Shown piece by piece: positions 1 through 10,367 of a DNA stretch of 64,000 bases. Both the position numbers and the translations under genes were made by a program. Origin of the DNA: Staphylococcus phage Fi4S2; the sequence record PV037056.1; one strand, given 5' to 3'. Below the pieces are notes generated by a model. It saw only the letters and a list, made by a program, of their open reading frames with translations. It had not been told where the DNA came from and did not search any database. Numbering within the stretch: position 1 is the stretch's first letter; every line of letters begins with the position of its first letter.

Positions 1-351
1 AACCGTAATGCATCTCAAAATAGTGAAGTAATAACTAAGTCTCATATTGAGGGTTCTAAACGTAAACTGAACGCAGTAGAGCTTCACTTAACATTAAACC
101 AAACATCAGAAGAGTTTGAGGCAGGTTACTTAAGATTTTACTTAGATAAGGTACGTAACAACTCAGGTAGAGTATCTAGTAAAATCATACCTATGAGAGT
201 AGAGCCTGAAACTATGACAGTTAGAGATTGCTTACCTGAAGAAATACAAGAGCACTCAGAAGTAATGAACTCTAGAGATAGTCAAGTGTTTAACAAACCT
301 AAACAAGAGTCACCTACTTCAAGAGCTAAAAGTTTTGATAATGGATTTTAG
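1..351 (+). CDS. 3' fragment (C-terminal ~116 aa) of an upstream gene; start lies outside the window
   Basis: Frame 1 is open from position 1 to a TAG at 349-351. It sits directly upstream of the RBS (GGAGGAAG) of the next gene. No function assignable from the fragment. Confidence 0.4.
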   Translation, partial: NRNASQNSEVITKSHIEGSKRKLNAVELHLTLNQTSEEFEAGYLRFYLDKVRNNSGRVSSKIIPMRVEPETMTVRDCLPEEIQEHSEVMNSRDSQVFNKPKQESPTSRAKSFDNGF

Positions 352-362
352 GAGGAAGATTA

Positions 363-944
363 ATGAAATTTATATTTTTCACAGACAGTCATTTTCACTT
401 ATTCACAGACTTTAGTAAACCTGATGAGTTTTATCGTAATGACAGATTTAGAGAACAGATAGAAACTTTAAATCATGTTTTTACTCTTGCTAGAGAAAAG
501 GAAGCTACAATTATTTTTGGTGGTGATTTATTTCATAAACGTAATGCTGTAGATACAGTAGTATATAATGAGGTATTTAAGGTATTTGCTAGAAATAAAG
601 ATGTAGCTGTCTTATTACTCAGAGGCAACCATGATGCTACAACCAATTCAGTGTATACTGACTCAAGTATAGACACGTTTGAATACTTACCTAATGTAAG
701 TGTATTTCAATCTTTTGGAACTATAGAGGTAGGTAATGCAAACTTAGTATTTACAGCTTATGGTGATGAGACTGAAGAGATAAAGGACTACATTGAAGAT
801 AACTACAATACAGATAAGGTTAACATCCTTGTAGGACACTTAGGTGTAGAAGGGTCTTTAACAGGTAAAGGTTCACACAGATTAGAAGGAGCTTTTGGGT
901 ACCAAGACCTTTTACCTGATAAGTATGATTTTATTCTTTTAGGG
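363..944 (+). CDS. Mre11/SbcD-like metallophosphoesterase nuclease, exon 1
   Basis: Calcineurin-like phosphoesterase motifs are present: D-S-H (FFTDSHFH), GD (IFGGDLFH) and GNHD (LLRGNHD). The ORF stops right after LLG, and motif IV (GH-YH) is completed by the downstream exon HYHRRQ. Confidence 0.75.
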
Positions 945-2827
945 TAGATGCCCTGCTTATTCGTAAAGAGTAAGTACCGAGTGTTAAATGCTATGAATCC
1001 GTAAAGCTAACTAAACTGAAACAGAAGAGGAAACTCTAGATGGAAAAGTTGTGAAAACAGAAAAAATTAGTTAGATGTACTAAGGTTAAATCCTAAGGTA
1101 TACACAATCGGTCTATAGCAGGGAAAGACCTAAGTTCAAATGAATAAGGGAGACCCTCAACGACTATTCCGTATAGGTGACGGAAGTAAAACCCTAAACG
1201 ACTGAGGGAAGAAAAATACTCCTACCTTAACTAAGGTAGAACAAATAGTCTCCACCCGTACCGAAAGGTAGGGCTATAGATGAACTATAGGATTACAAAG
1301 TGGTGTTTGTAATCAAAGAATGTTAAATAAATTATAACTTCCTATTGACATTACTTCCCTAACATGTTATAGTACATGTATAAGGAGGTGTAATAATGTC
1401 AGAAAGTACAACGTACAGAAAAATTAAAATAAGGTTAGTACCAACAAAAGAACAGGAAGAGTTAATGTGGAAGCATGTTCATGCTAGTAGATTTATTTAC
1501 AATTGGGGTCTTGAAAGGTGGTATAGTAATTTAGATAATGGAATAAAGAATACTACAAGTAATAAGTTATCTAAAGAACTAAAAACAGTGAAAGAAGAAA
1601 ACCCATGGTTAAAAGAGGTATCTAATAAAACTTTAGTAAAATCATTACAAGTTCTAGAGTTTAATATGAAGAGGTTTTTTAAAAAACAAACTAAAAGACC
1701 TAAATTTAAGAGCTCTAAAAGCAGTATACCTTCTTTTAAAACACGAACAGAAACTAAGTGGGGTAATAAACATTTACCTAACATTGAAGGAGATAGGATA
1801 CGGTTAGAAAAACTAAAATTAGTTAAATTATCTTCTAAGATAACTAAATCTATGAAAGAAAAGAACATAAACCCTGTATTTTATTCTAGTACAATCTATT
1901 ATGATGGTAAATATTGGTATATTTCATTAGCATATAAAGTCGAGAACCAAGACAAAAAAGAACTCACCAATGAAACCATAGGTATAGACTTAGGAATAAA
2001 ATCATTAGCTACTTGTTCAAATGGTAAATCTTATAAAAATATTAATAAAAGTTCTAAAGTTAAAAAACTAGAGAAAAGACTAACTAGATTACAAAGACAA
2101 CTATCACGTAAGTATGAAATGAATAAAGATAAAATACGAGTAGGACTACTTAATACAGATGGAACACCTAAGATAGATAAGCAAGGTAGACACATGTATA
2201 AGTATTCTAAAACTAAGAACATTATTAAGTTAGAAAAAGAGATAAAACTCTTACACAGAAAACTTAAAAATATTAGAAATAATCATGTTCATACTATGAC
2301 TAAAGAAATAGTAGAATTATTACCACAAGAAATAGTAATAGAAGATTTAAAAGTAAGTAATATGTTAAAGAATAAACATTTATCTAAACATATAAGTAAA
2401 GCTAATTGGTATGAAATACGTAGACAATTAACTTATAAATGTGAGGATAGAGGAATTCTTCTTACAATAGCAAATACTTATTACCCTTCAAGTCAAACCT
2501 GTAGTCATTGTGGTAATCGTTTAACCAAACAAGACAAACTTAGTCTTAAAGAGAGAACTTACAAATGTAAGAAATGTAATTCTAGTTTAGATAGGGACTT
2601 AAATGCTAGTATTAACTTAATGAACTATAGATACTCCAAATGGTGTCAAAATAATATAATTTCACAATAAAAGAAATATATTATATGTAGGATTCCGTAA
2701 ATCCGAATTTACGCCTTTGGAGTATCATACAAACCTTAGTAGAGTAATAAGAAGTAATTCTTTACAGAATGAAATACTCAAAAAGGGATACGTTGAAGAA
2801 GGAAGTTATAAATTAATTAACATACGG
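945..2827 (+). mobile_element. Group I intron with embedded tnpB (IStron-like) interrupting the nuclease gene at motif IV
   Basis: A ~450-nt ORF-free structured 5' region carries group I P7-like pairing strands GACTA (~1162-1166) and TAGTC (~1246-1250). The flanking exons join in-frame (intron length 1883 nt) and reconstitute the conserved GH-YH nuclease motif. The 3' end is ...ACGG followed by exon CATTATCAT. Confidence 0.7.
1396..2670 (+). CDS. tnpB: TnpB (IS200/IS605-family OrfB, RuvC-like RNA-guided nuclease)
   Basis: 424 aa. The N-terminus KIKIRLVPTKEQEELM is typical of OrfB. RuvC-I is IGIDLGIKSLA and RuvC-II is IVIEDLKV. A zinc finger CSHCG...CKKCN is followed by RuvC-III DRDLNASINL. 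Strong RBS AAGGAGGTG. Confidence 0.85.
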   Translation: MSESTTYRKIKIRLVPTKEQEELMWKHVHASRFIYNWGLERWYSNLDNGIKNTTSNKLSKELKTVKEENPWLKEVSNKTLVKSLQVLEFNMKRFFKKQTKRPKFKSSKSSIPSFKTRTETKWGNKHLPNIEGDRIRLEKLKLVKLSSKITKSMKEKNINPVFYSSTIYYDGKYWYISLAYKVENQDKKELTNETIGIDLGIKSLATCSNGKSYKNINKSSKVKKLEKRLTRLQRQLSRKYEMNKDKIRVGLLNTDGTPKIDKQGRHMYKYSKTKNIIKLEKEIKLLHRKLKNIRNNHVHTMTKEIVELLPQEIVIEDLKVSNMLKNKHLSKHISKANWYEIRRQLTYKCEDRGILLTIANTYYPSSQTCSHCGNRLTKQDKLSLKERTYKCKKCNSSLDRDLNASINLMNYRYSKWCQNNIISQ

Positions 2828-3271
2828 CATTATCATAGAAGACAGTATTTCCAAAACCCAAATCACTTTTATGGTGGTTCTTTAATGCAACAATCGTTCT
2901 CAGATGAGCAAGAAGCTAATGGTGTTCACTTAATAGATACTGATACTATTACAACGGAATTTATACCTCTAGATACACGTAGGTTTATTACAGTAAGAGG
3001 AGATGATGTTCCTGAAGACCTAGACCAACTTATAGAGTATGGTCACTTCATTAGATTTGTAGGTAGTACTAACCAAGCTAAAGCGATAGAGTTAGCATCT
3101 ACAGATGAGACTAATAACATACGAGTAGAGTTACAAAAAGATTATACGGTAGAAAAACGTATAGATAGTGAAGTCACTGACTCACCATTATCTATAGCAT
3201 CAAGCTATTCAGATAAGTACTATCCTGAAGCTAAAAAAGAAATACTAGAATGTCTACAGGAGGTGTTATAG
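2828..3271 (+). CDS. Mre11/SbcD-like nuclease, exon 2
   Basis: Starts HYHRRQYF...GGSLMQQSFSDEQ, the C-terminal part of the SbcD/Mre11 fold. It is in frame with exon 1 once the intron is removed. Confidence 0.7.
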   Translation, partial: HYHRRQYFQNPNHFYGGSLMQQSFSDEQEANGVHLIDTDTITTEFIPLDTRRFITVRGDDVPEDLDQLIEYGHFIRFVGSTNQAKAIELASTDETNNIRVELQKDYTVEKRIDSEVTDSPLSIASSYSDKYYPEAKKEILECLQEVL

Positions 3272-3651
3272 TGAGTGATTACATTACTAAGTTTAATGAG
3301 GTTAAACAAGGGAAGAAATCAGGAAAGAGTATAGCTGAGTTTGTAGATGACTTTATGAGAGATGTAGACCCTGACATCTTTAAACCTAAAATCACTTTCC
3401 TTGACATTTCTAGTGTAGTAGGAGATAATGTAGTAGACACTAAACCAATATTACAATTTAGAGATTGGGATGGTGTTGAGGAGAATATATGTAATGTTAT
3501 TGACTTAGATGATGGTTTAAATAAAGTTAGACAAATATTAAAAGATAGTAATTATGAATTTCATTATATGAGAACTTATAAACCTAATAACGTTTGGGTT
3601 ATAGACTATGGCTCTCATAGTACATCTTTTTTAGTTAAGGAGGCAAAATAG
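3250..3651 (+). CDS. hypothetical protein
   Basis: 133-aa ORF overlapping the nuclease 3' end by 22 nt; sits between the nuclease and the ATPase. Confidence 0.5.
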   Translation: MSTGGVIVSDYITKFNEVKQGKKSGKSIAEFVDDFMRDVDPDIFKPKITFLDISSVVGDNVVDTKPILQFRDWDGVEENICNVIDLDDGLNKVRQILKDSNYEFHYMRTYKPNNVWVIDYGSHSTSFLVKEAK

Positions 3652-5529
3652 ATGGTTGTTTTTAAGAAGGTCATAATAAAAAACTTTATGGCAATAGAGG
3701 AAGCTGTGTTAGAGCTAGATAATAGAGGTCTAGTTCTGATAGAAGGAGAGAATAAGTCTAATGAATCGTATGTAAGTAATGGTTCATCAAAAACAACTTT
3801 ACTATCTTCTATTACATACGCTTTATATGGGAAAACTGAAAAAGGTATTAAAGCTGATGATGTAGTAAACAACAAGCATAAAAAGAATACTAGCATTGTA
3901 CTAGAATTTATGATAGCAGAAGACCTATATAGAATTGAACGTTATCGTAAGGATAAGGTAAACAAGAATAAGGTTAAATTATTCTGTAATGATAAAGAGA
4001 TAACAGGCTCTACAAATGATGTAACTGACCAACAGATACAAGACTTGTTTAAGATAGACTATAACACATATCTAAACGCAATCATGTATGGTCAGGGAGA
4101 CGTTCCTATGTTCTCTCAAGCTACAGATAAAGGTAAAAAAGAGATACTTGAGTCTGTAACTGGAGTTGCTGTGTATCAGAAAGCACAGGAGGTAGCTAAA
4201 GAGAAGGTAAAAGAAGTAGCTTCTCAACAGCAAGAGATAGAAAGAGACATTCAAACAAAAGAAATGGAAAAACAAAACATCAGAAACATATTTGATAGTA
4301 AGCTAGTAGACTATCAAAATACAATGGATGCTGTTAATCAAAAAACTGAGCAATTGAAATATGAGCAAGAGCAATACAATACGCTTAGTCAAACCATAGA
4401 TAGTCAGGTGCAAGAGTTAGAATCTCAGAAACAAGAAGTACCTAGTAATGAGTTTACATACTCACAGGATTACTATAATGCAAAGTCTAAGCTTGACCAA
4501 GTAGTTAAGATAGAGCAAGACCAATCACAGAAGTATTATCAATGTTCTTCAGAAATAAAAATGTTAGAACAGAATAAGAATAACTTAAATATAAATAAGA
4601 ACTGTCCTGTTTGTGGGTCTGAATTAGATACCTCACACAAGGAGAAAGAGTTACAATCTATAGAAGAACAACTAAGTTCACTGTCTACCAATATGGGTAC
4701 TATTAGTTCCCAAATGGATAAGATAAAACAAGCTAAAGAAAAGCTAGAGGGTATCATTCAAGATGAGGATAATAAAGCTTATCAAAATTCAAATAATGTA
4801 TTGACAATAAAAGAAGCTAATGATAAGATAGACTCAGAGATAAGAAGAGTTAAGGAGCAGTTAACACAAAAAGAGCATCAGCTATCTTTAATGCAAAATA
4901 CGATAGACTCAATGTCTACCGTTCCAAAGCCTGTTTTAGATAATGAATCTATAGAGGAATTAGAAACAGTTGTTAAGTCTATGCAAAAAGACATTCTTGA
5001 CTTAGAAGATAAGAAAACGTATTACTCACAAGCAGTAGATGCTTTTTCTAATAAAGGTATACGTTCTGTCATCTTAGACTTTGTAACACCATTCTTAAAT
5101 GAAAAAGCTAATAAGTATTTAACTATACTTTCAGGCTCTGACATTGAAGTTAAGTTTCAAACTCAAGTGGAGAATAATAAAGGTGAATTAAAAGATAAGT
5201 TTGATGTTACTGTAGTAAACAAAAACGGAGGTCAATCTTATAAAGCTAACTCAGCAGGAGAACAAAAGCGTATTGATTTAGCTATCAGCTTTGCTATACA
5301 AGACTTAATCATGGATAAGAATGACTTAGCTACTAATATCGCTTTATATGATGAGTGCTTTGATGGGTTAGACATTATCGGATGTGAAAATGTTATTACA
5401 CTATTGAAGGATAGGTTAAAAACTGTTCCAACTATCTTTGTTATCACACATAATACACACCTTGCTCCTTTATTTGAGAATTCAATAAAGGTTGTAAAAG
5501 AAAACGGAATAGCAAGACTAAAAAATTAG
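3652..5529 (+). CDS. SbcC/Rad50-like SMC ATPase (partner of the Mre11-like nuclease)
   Basis: Walker A-like NGSSKTT, a long coiled-coil, a CPVCG zinc hook, a C-terminal SAGEQKRIDLAISFA signature and a LYDECFDGLD Walker B. RBS AAGGAGG. Confidence 0.85.
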   Translation: MVVFKKVIIKNFMAIEEAVLELDNRGLVLIEGENKSNESYVSNGSSKTTLLSSITYALYGKTEKGIKADDVVNNKHKKNTSIVLEFMIAEDLYRIERYRKDKVNKNKVKLFCNDKEITGSTNDVTDQQIQDLFKIDYNTYLNAIMYGQGDVPMFSQATDKGKKEILESVTGVAVYQKAQEVAKEKVKEVASQQQEIERDIQTKEMEKQNIRNIFDSKLVDYQNTMDAVNQKTEQLKYEQEQYNTLSQTIDSQVQELESQKQEVPSNEFTYSQDYYNAKSKLDQVVKIEQDQSQKYYQCSSEIKMLEQNKNNLNINKNCPVCGSELDTSHKEKELQSIEEQLSSLSTNMGTISSQMDKIKQAKEKLEGIIQDEDNKAYQNSNNVLTIKEANDKIDSEIRRVKEQLTQKEHQLSLMQNTIDSMSTVPKPVLDNESIEELETVVKSMQKDILDLEDKKTYYSQAVDAFSNKGIRSVILDFVTPFLNEKANKYLTILSGSDIEVKFQTQVENNKGELKDKFDVTVVNKNGGQSYKANSAGEQKRIDLAISFAIQDLIMDKNDLATNIALYDECFDGLDIIGCENVITLLKDRLKTVPTIFVITHNTHLAPLFENSIKVVKENGIARLKN

Positions 5530-5540
5530 GAGGATTTAAG

Positions 5541-6143
5541 TTGAAACTACAACCTATAGATAAAGATTACTCTATGCTAGTTGTAAGGCATAAGAGATGT
5601 AATAAAGAAATTAAAGTGCATAATTCAGATTTAGTAAAGTTTTTCCCTTTCAATAACTTATACCAATACTATGTAAATGAGGAAGGAGATAGACTTATTT
5701 TTAGAAGGTACGCAGGGGTATCTAACACATCTTATGGTGTGGATGATACGTCAGCTGATGTTATTGAGGATAATAAAACATGTCGATTAGAGAATATGAC
5801 TAATCCAGTTGTAGAGCAAGAGAACTTAGCTCTCATAGCACAAGCTAAAGAATGGGGTATACCAACCTTAGTAGATGAAGACTTCACAGAGAAGGACATA
5901 CAGCAGGGATTCTACAAGCTAGGAGACATTTTAGACATGTACTCTTCTATAATTACAGAACGTTATAAGGAGACAGTTAAAAACCCATTCTTTGATGAGA
6001 AGCAACGTATTCAGCAGACACGTATTGCTTTACATAAAGATAATAATAAAAGTTTTGAAGATGAATACAAGTTTATAGGAAGCTTATATACAATGTTAAA
6101 CTATATGAGAAAAATGGTACGTAAAAAACAGTACGCAAGGTAG
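5541..6143 (+). CDS. hypothetical protein (TTG start)
   Basis: 200-aa ORF; TTG start 9 nt after AGGAGG. Confidence 0.5.
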   Translation: MKLQPIDKDYSMLVVRHKRCNKEIKVHNSDLVKFFPFNNLYQYYVNEEGDRLIFRRYAGVSNTSYGVDDTSADVIEDNKTCRLENMTNPVVEQENLALIAQAKEWGIPTLVDEDFTEKDIQQGFYKLGDILDMYSSIITERYKETVKNPFFDEKQRIQQTRIALHKDNNKSFEDEYKFIGSLYTMLNYMRKMVRKKQYAR

Positions 6144-6154
6144 GTGGATAGTTT

Positions 6155-7228
6155 ATGAAGTTTGAAGACTTCTTACCCTCTATTGCAGGGGAGTACAGAG
6201 AAGATGCTGTAGGAGAGTATAGATTTTGTTGTCCGTTCTGTGGAGAGACAAAGTATAAGTTCTATTTAAAGGTTTCTTTAGATAGTGATAATGGCCTTTA
6301 CCAGTGTAAGAAGTGTGGAGAATCAGGAAACCCTATCACCTTCATGAAAACCTACTTTGGGGCTAAGGACTATAAAGAAGCTAAAGACTTATTAGAGTCT
6401 AATGGTGTAGAAATAGAAGATACAGATTTTAGAGGGGACTATAAAGATAAGTCATTGAGTGACCATGAGAAATTCATGTTATTCTTAAGTGGAGTAAAAG
6501 ATACTCCTGAAGTTAAAAGTGATAAGTCCCCTGTGCCATTACCTACTAATCTAAAGTACATTAGACACAATGCAAATACACAAGAGGCACAACCTTTTAT
6601 AAAGTACCTTCTTGGAAGAGGTATAACAATGCAACAAATGATGAGCTTATCTATTGGTTATGTAGTCAATGGGGGTTATTATAAATCTGATGGCTCATAT
6701 GCAACTCTAAGAAATTCAGTTGTATTCTTTACTTATGATTTAGACGGTAATTATATTTATTGGAACACTAGAAGTATTGATTCCAATGCAGGAATTAAGT
6801 CTATAAATGCTCCAGGTAAAAAGACTGAGTATACACGTAAAGATGTTGTTTTTAACTTAGATAAAGCACAACATGCACCTTATATAGTACTACATGAAGG
6901 AGTTTTTGATGCTTTAACATTCTATAATACAGGTATAGCCACTTTTGGTAAGCAAGTTACAGATACCCAAGTAGAGTTAATATTGTCAGTACTTAAAGGA
7001 ACTGAAAAACCCTTATACTTATTTCTTGATAAAGATGCATTAACAGAAACCATGAATAGCGCAGAGAAGTTTTATAGGGAACACCCGTATACTTATGTAG
7101 TACCTCATGGAGATGAAGATGCTAACGATTTAGGATTAAAGGAATCAATTAAGATGATAAAAGAAAATGCTATTAAGGCTACACCTGAAAACTTAACAAA
7201 CTTTTTTATTTTAGAAAAGTTAGGATAA
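6155..7228 (+). CDS. DNA primase (DnaG-like: CHC2 zinc finger + TOPRIM)
   Basis: CPFCGETKYKF...CKKCGESG zinc ribbon. The TOPRIM region is VLHEGVFDALTF...LFLDKD. Confidence 0.8.
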   Translation: MKFEDFLPSIAGEYREDAVGEYRFCCPFCGETKYKFYLKVSLDSDNGLYQCKKCGESGNPITFMKTYFGAKDYKEAKDLLESNGVEIEDTDFRGDYKDKSLSDHEKFMLFLSGVKDTPEVKSDKSPVPLPTNLKYIRHNANTQEAQPFIKYLLGRGITMQQMMSLSIGYVVNGGYYKSDGSYATLRNSVVFFTYDLDGNYIYWNTRSIDSNAGIKSINAPGKKTEYTRKDVVFNLDKAQHAPYIVLHEGVFDALTFYNTGIATFGKQVTDTQVELILSVLKGTEKPLYLFLDKDALTETMNSAEKFYREHPYTYVVPHGDEDANDLGLKESIKMIKENAIKATPENLTNFFILEKLG

Positions 7229-7288
7229 GGGGTTGCATAAGTTTTAAATGTGTGCTATACTAAAGTAGTAATAAATAAGGAGGTTGTC

Positions 7289-7609
7289 ATGGAGAGTATA
7301 AATGATTATATATCAGAAGTACTAAGGGCTGTAGACACTGATGACACTGAGCAACTTGAGAAGCTTAAGGCACAGGGTAACAGGCTGAACACTACTTACA
7401 GTGAAGTAGCAGAGGTAATGCTAAACTTCATTAGTACATCTAACTTGCAATTAGACTTTATACAGCATACAATGGAGAAGAAACTAGAAATATTGATAAA
7501 GTCCTTGTATGATAGTGAAGTAGTAACTAAAGAGCAAGTTATAGAAATGAATACAGCAATGGACAAGCTAGAGCAATACTTAGAATCAGAAATGTATAAA
7601 AACTTATAA
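7289..7609 (+). CDS. hypothetical protein
   Basis: AAGGAGG RBS precedes the ATG at 7289 (MESINDY...). The longer ORF from 7250 lacks an RBS. Confidence 0.5.
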   Translation: MESINDYISEVLRAVDTDDTEQLEKLKAQGNRLNTTYSEVAEVMLNFISTSNLQLDFIQHTMEKKLEILIKSLYDSEVVTKEQVIEMNTAMDKLEQYLESEMYKNL

Positions 7610-7636
7610 AAAAAAACTAAAGGAGATTTTCAAATT

Positions 7637-8077
7637 ATGGCTAAAAACAATCAACAAAACACAACAGTATCAACAGAGGACTTAAAAACTTGGTTAACTT
7701 ACTTAGCAACAAAATCAGTAGATGGTAAAGAAGAACCAACAGAGATGGACTTAAAACGTTTAGAACGTATTTCTAAAAAATCTATTACTTTAAATAATGC
7801 AACGACAGTAGCTAAACTAATGAGTGACTTAGAAACACAAGACTTACGTAGTCAGTTAGACTTACTACAACAATCATTCTCTGTATTAGCTTATGTAGTA
7901 CAACACAAATTAGAAATTACAGATGCAGAGTTCCAACAATATGTAAGTGATTATGAGAAAGACTTAGAGAAGTATAAAGAAGACATGGTAGAACAAGCTA
8001 AGAAAGAACAAGAAGCCAAAGCTAAGGATGACAAAGTAGTTTCTATGGATGCTGGTGTTGAAGATGGTAAACAGTAA
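7637..8077 (+). CDS. hypothetical acidic protein
   Basis: 146 aa; RBS AAAGGAG. Confidence 0.55.
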   Translation: MAKNNQQNTTVSTEDLKTWLTYLATKSVDGKEEPTEMDLKRLERISKKSITLNNATTVAKLMSDLETQDLRSQLDLLQQSFSVLAYVVQHKLEITDAEFQQYVSDYEKDLEKYKEDMVEQAKKEQEAKAKDDKVVSMDAGVEDGKQ

Positions 8078-8669
8078 GAATAAAGGTAATACCTTTGAAC
8101 GTAAGACAGCAGAGATACTAGGAAACTGGTGGAAAGCTAAGTTCAACAGAAGCCCCCAATCAGGGGGTGCAAGTTGGGCTTCTGAAAATAATGCAGTAGG
8201 AGACATAATCACAAGTGCAGAAGCTAGATTTCCTCTTGTTGTAGAATGTAAAGACAGAGAGAACTGGACTTTAGATAATGTACTACTTAATAATAAGGAA
8301 CCTCATACATGGTGGCAACAAGTTGTCGGTGATGCCGAAGCTGTAGATAAGTCTCCATGTTTAATATTTAAAAGAAAGTATTCTCAGATTTATGTAGCAC
8401 TACCTTATGTAGAAGATGTTTACATGAAGCTAAGAGAAAACACTGAACCTATTATGCGTACAGATTTTATTATTAATAACACAGTGAAAGATGAGCTTTA
8501 TTATGATGTTTTGATTACGACAATAGAATCGTTGACTTCTTTAAAACCATCTTATATTAGGTCTCACTATGACAATTTAGACTGGTCAGCATATCGTATA
8601 GAAAAAAGTGAAGTAAACAAAGCAACACAAGATACTTCATCTATAGACGATATGCTATCTAATATTTAA
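8064..8669 (+). CDS. Hjc-like Holliday-junction resolvase (PD-(D/E)xK)
   Basis: KGNTFERKTAEIL...VGDIIT...VVECKDRE matches the archaeal Hjc pattern (KGxxFER...D-x-E-x-K). Start is uncertain between 8049 and 8064. Confidence 0.6.
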   Translation: MVNSKNKGNTFERKTAEILGNWWKAKFNRSPQSGGASWASENNAVGDIITSAEARFPLVVECKDRENWTLDNVLLNNKEPHTWWQQVVGDAEAVDKSPCLIFKRKYSQIYVALPYVEDVYMKLRENTEPIMRTDFIINNTVKDELYYDVLITTIESLTSLKPSYIRSHYDNLDWSAYRIEKSEVNKATQDTSSIDDMLSNI

Positions 8670-8685
8670 AAGGATGGTAATATAG

Positions 8686-9087
8686 ATGACACATAAAGAA
8701 AGACCTTTACTTGTATACTTTTCAGCTTCAGGGCAAACTGAAAGATTAATAAATAAAATTAACCCTAGTAATAGCTTTACTACGCAAAGAATAAAAACAG
8801 GAACAGAAAAGATTGATAAGGAATATATACTTATCACACCTACTTATTTTAAAGGTCAGATACCTAAACAAGTTCAAAATCTTATTGCAAATAACCATCC
8901 TCCTAAAGAAGTTATTGGAACTGGTAACAGACAATGGGGACAAAACTTCTGTGGAGCAGGTAAAAAGATAGCTAGCATGTTTGGTATTAGACTCATTGAA
9001 AAAGTAGAACAATCAGGACACTTTAAGGAAGTAGATAATATACTAGAATACTTCACAAGACACTATCACATAGAGAAAGCAGGTTAA
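8686..9087 (+). CDS. nrdI: NrdI flavodoxin-like RNR accessory protein
   Basis: LVYFSASGQTERL...LITPTY...GTGNRQWGQNF is NrdI-like. It sits immediately upstream of nrdE. Confidence 0.8.
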   Translation: MTHKERPLLVYFSASGQTERLINKINPSNSFTTQRIKTGTEKIDKEYILITPTYFKGQIPKQVQNLIANNHPPKEVIGTGNRQWGQNFCGAGKKIASMFGIRLIEKVEQSGHFKEVDNILEYFTRHYHIEKAG

Positions 9088-9089
9088 TT

Positions 9090-10241
9090 ATGGTAAAAGC
9101 TATTGGAGATTGGATAGATTTAAACAATGAAATAATGCAAGTTGATGATAAAGGTAAAAACAAATTGTATAAAGATAAGGAAGCTTTACAATCTTATCAG
9201 AATTATGTTAAAGAGAATACATTGGAATTTGACAATGAAGTAGAGAGAGTTCGGTACCTAACTAAAGAAGGCTTATATGATTCTTTCTTCGATTCTGTAC
9301 CCGATACTATCATTAAAGAATTAACAGAGTTTGCTTACAGCTTCAATTTTGAGTTCCAAAGTTTTATGGCTTGTCAAAAGTTTTATGAGGGTTATGTTGT
9401 ATTAAAACATAATAAAGATAAGTCTTTTAATTTTGTAGAAAACTATGAACAACACAATGTGCGTGTAGCCTTATATATGTTCCAAGATGACTATGCAAAA
9501 GCTAGAGCCTTTGTAGAAGAGCTTATGACTCAAAGAGTACAACCAGCAACACCTACTTATACTAATGCAGGTAAAGGAAATAGAGGAGAATTAAGTTCTT
9601 GTTACTTATTTAATGTAGATGATACTTTAGATTCTATGAACTTTGTTGAAAACAACACTAAGAATGCTAGTAGAGTAGGTGGAGGAGTTGCTATAGACTT
9701 CACTCGTATTAGACCTGCTGGAGCTACAGTAATGGGTAATCCTGGAGCTAGTAAAGGCGTAGTTCCTTATGCCAAAGAGATTGAACAAGGATTAAGTCGT
9801 ATAGACCAAGGTGGTAACAGACCAGGAGCTGGAGCAGGGTATTTAAACATCTTCCATATGGACATCTTTAACTTTTTAGATGCCAAGAAGATAAATGCTT
9901 CAGAATCTTTACGTTTATCTACATTGTCAATTGGTGTTATTATACCTGATAAATTTATGGAACTTGTTAAATCAGGTGAAGACTTCTACACATTTGACAC
10001 TTACGACATCTTCTTAGAGTATGGTAAGTACATGGATGAGGTTGACTTTAATACAGAATATGATAAACTAGTAGCTAATGAGAATATTAGAAAGGAAAAG
10101 CACTCAGCAGAAGACTTAGTAACTAACATTGCTAAAACACAGCTAGAGTCAGGCTATCCTTATGTATTTTTCATTGACACAGCTAATGAGAATCACCCTC
10201 TAAAACAGTTAGGTAGAGTTAAAATGAGTAACTTGTGTAAA
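9090..10241 (+). pseudogene. nrdE: nrdE (class Ib RNR alpha) 5' portion only, interrupted at the catalytic SNLC motif
   Basis: The N-terminal and central RNR-alpha sequence, including SSCYLF, is present. The ORF ends MSNLCKQMHL with a stop inside the inserted element. No downstream nrdE exon is present in this window. Confidence 0.7.
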
Positions 10242-10367
10242 CAAATGCACCTTTAAGGAGCAATCCTTATCGAAAAATCCATCTAAAACGGGGAAGCCTA
10301 AGTCGTATAGATAAGGTAATCCGTTGCTAAATATATAAATTGTAGTCACTCTAAGGAGAGTGATAGT

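Noticed and set aside
1497-2222. Minus-strand ORFs 1497-1868 and 2031-2222
   Set aside because: They are antisense shadows inside the tnpB coding region, with low-complexity Leu/Ser/Phe composition typical of AT-rich antisense frames.
8655-9056. Minus-strand ORFs overlapping nrdI (8655-8837, 8746-9012, 8874-9056)
   Set aside because: They lie inside a well-supported plus-strand gene with no RBS; antisense shadows.
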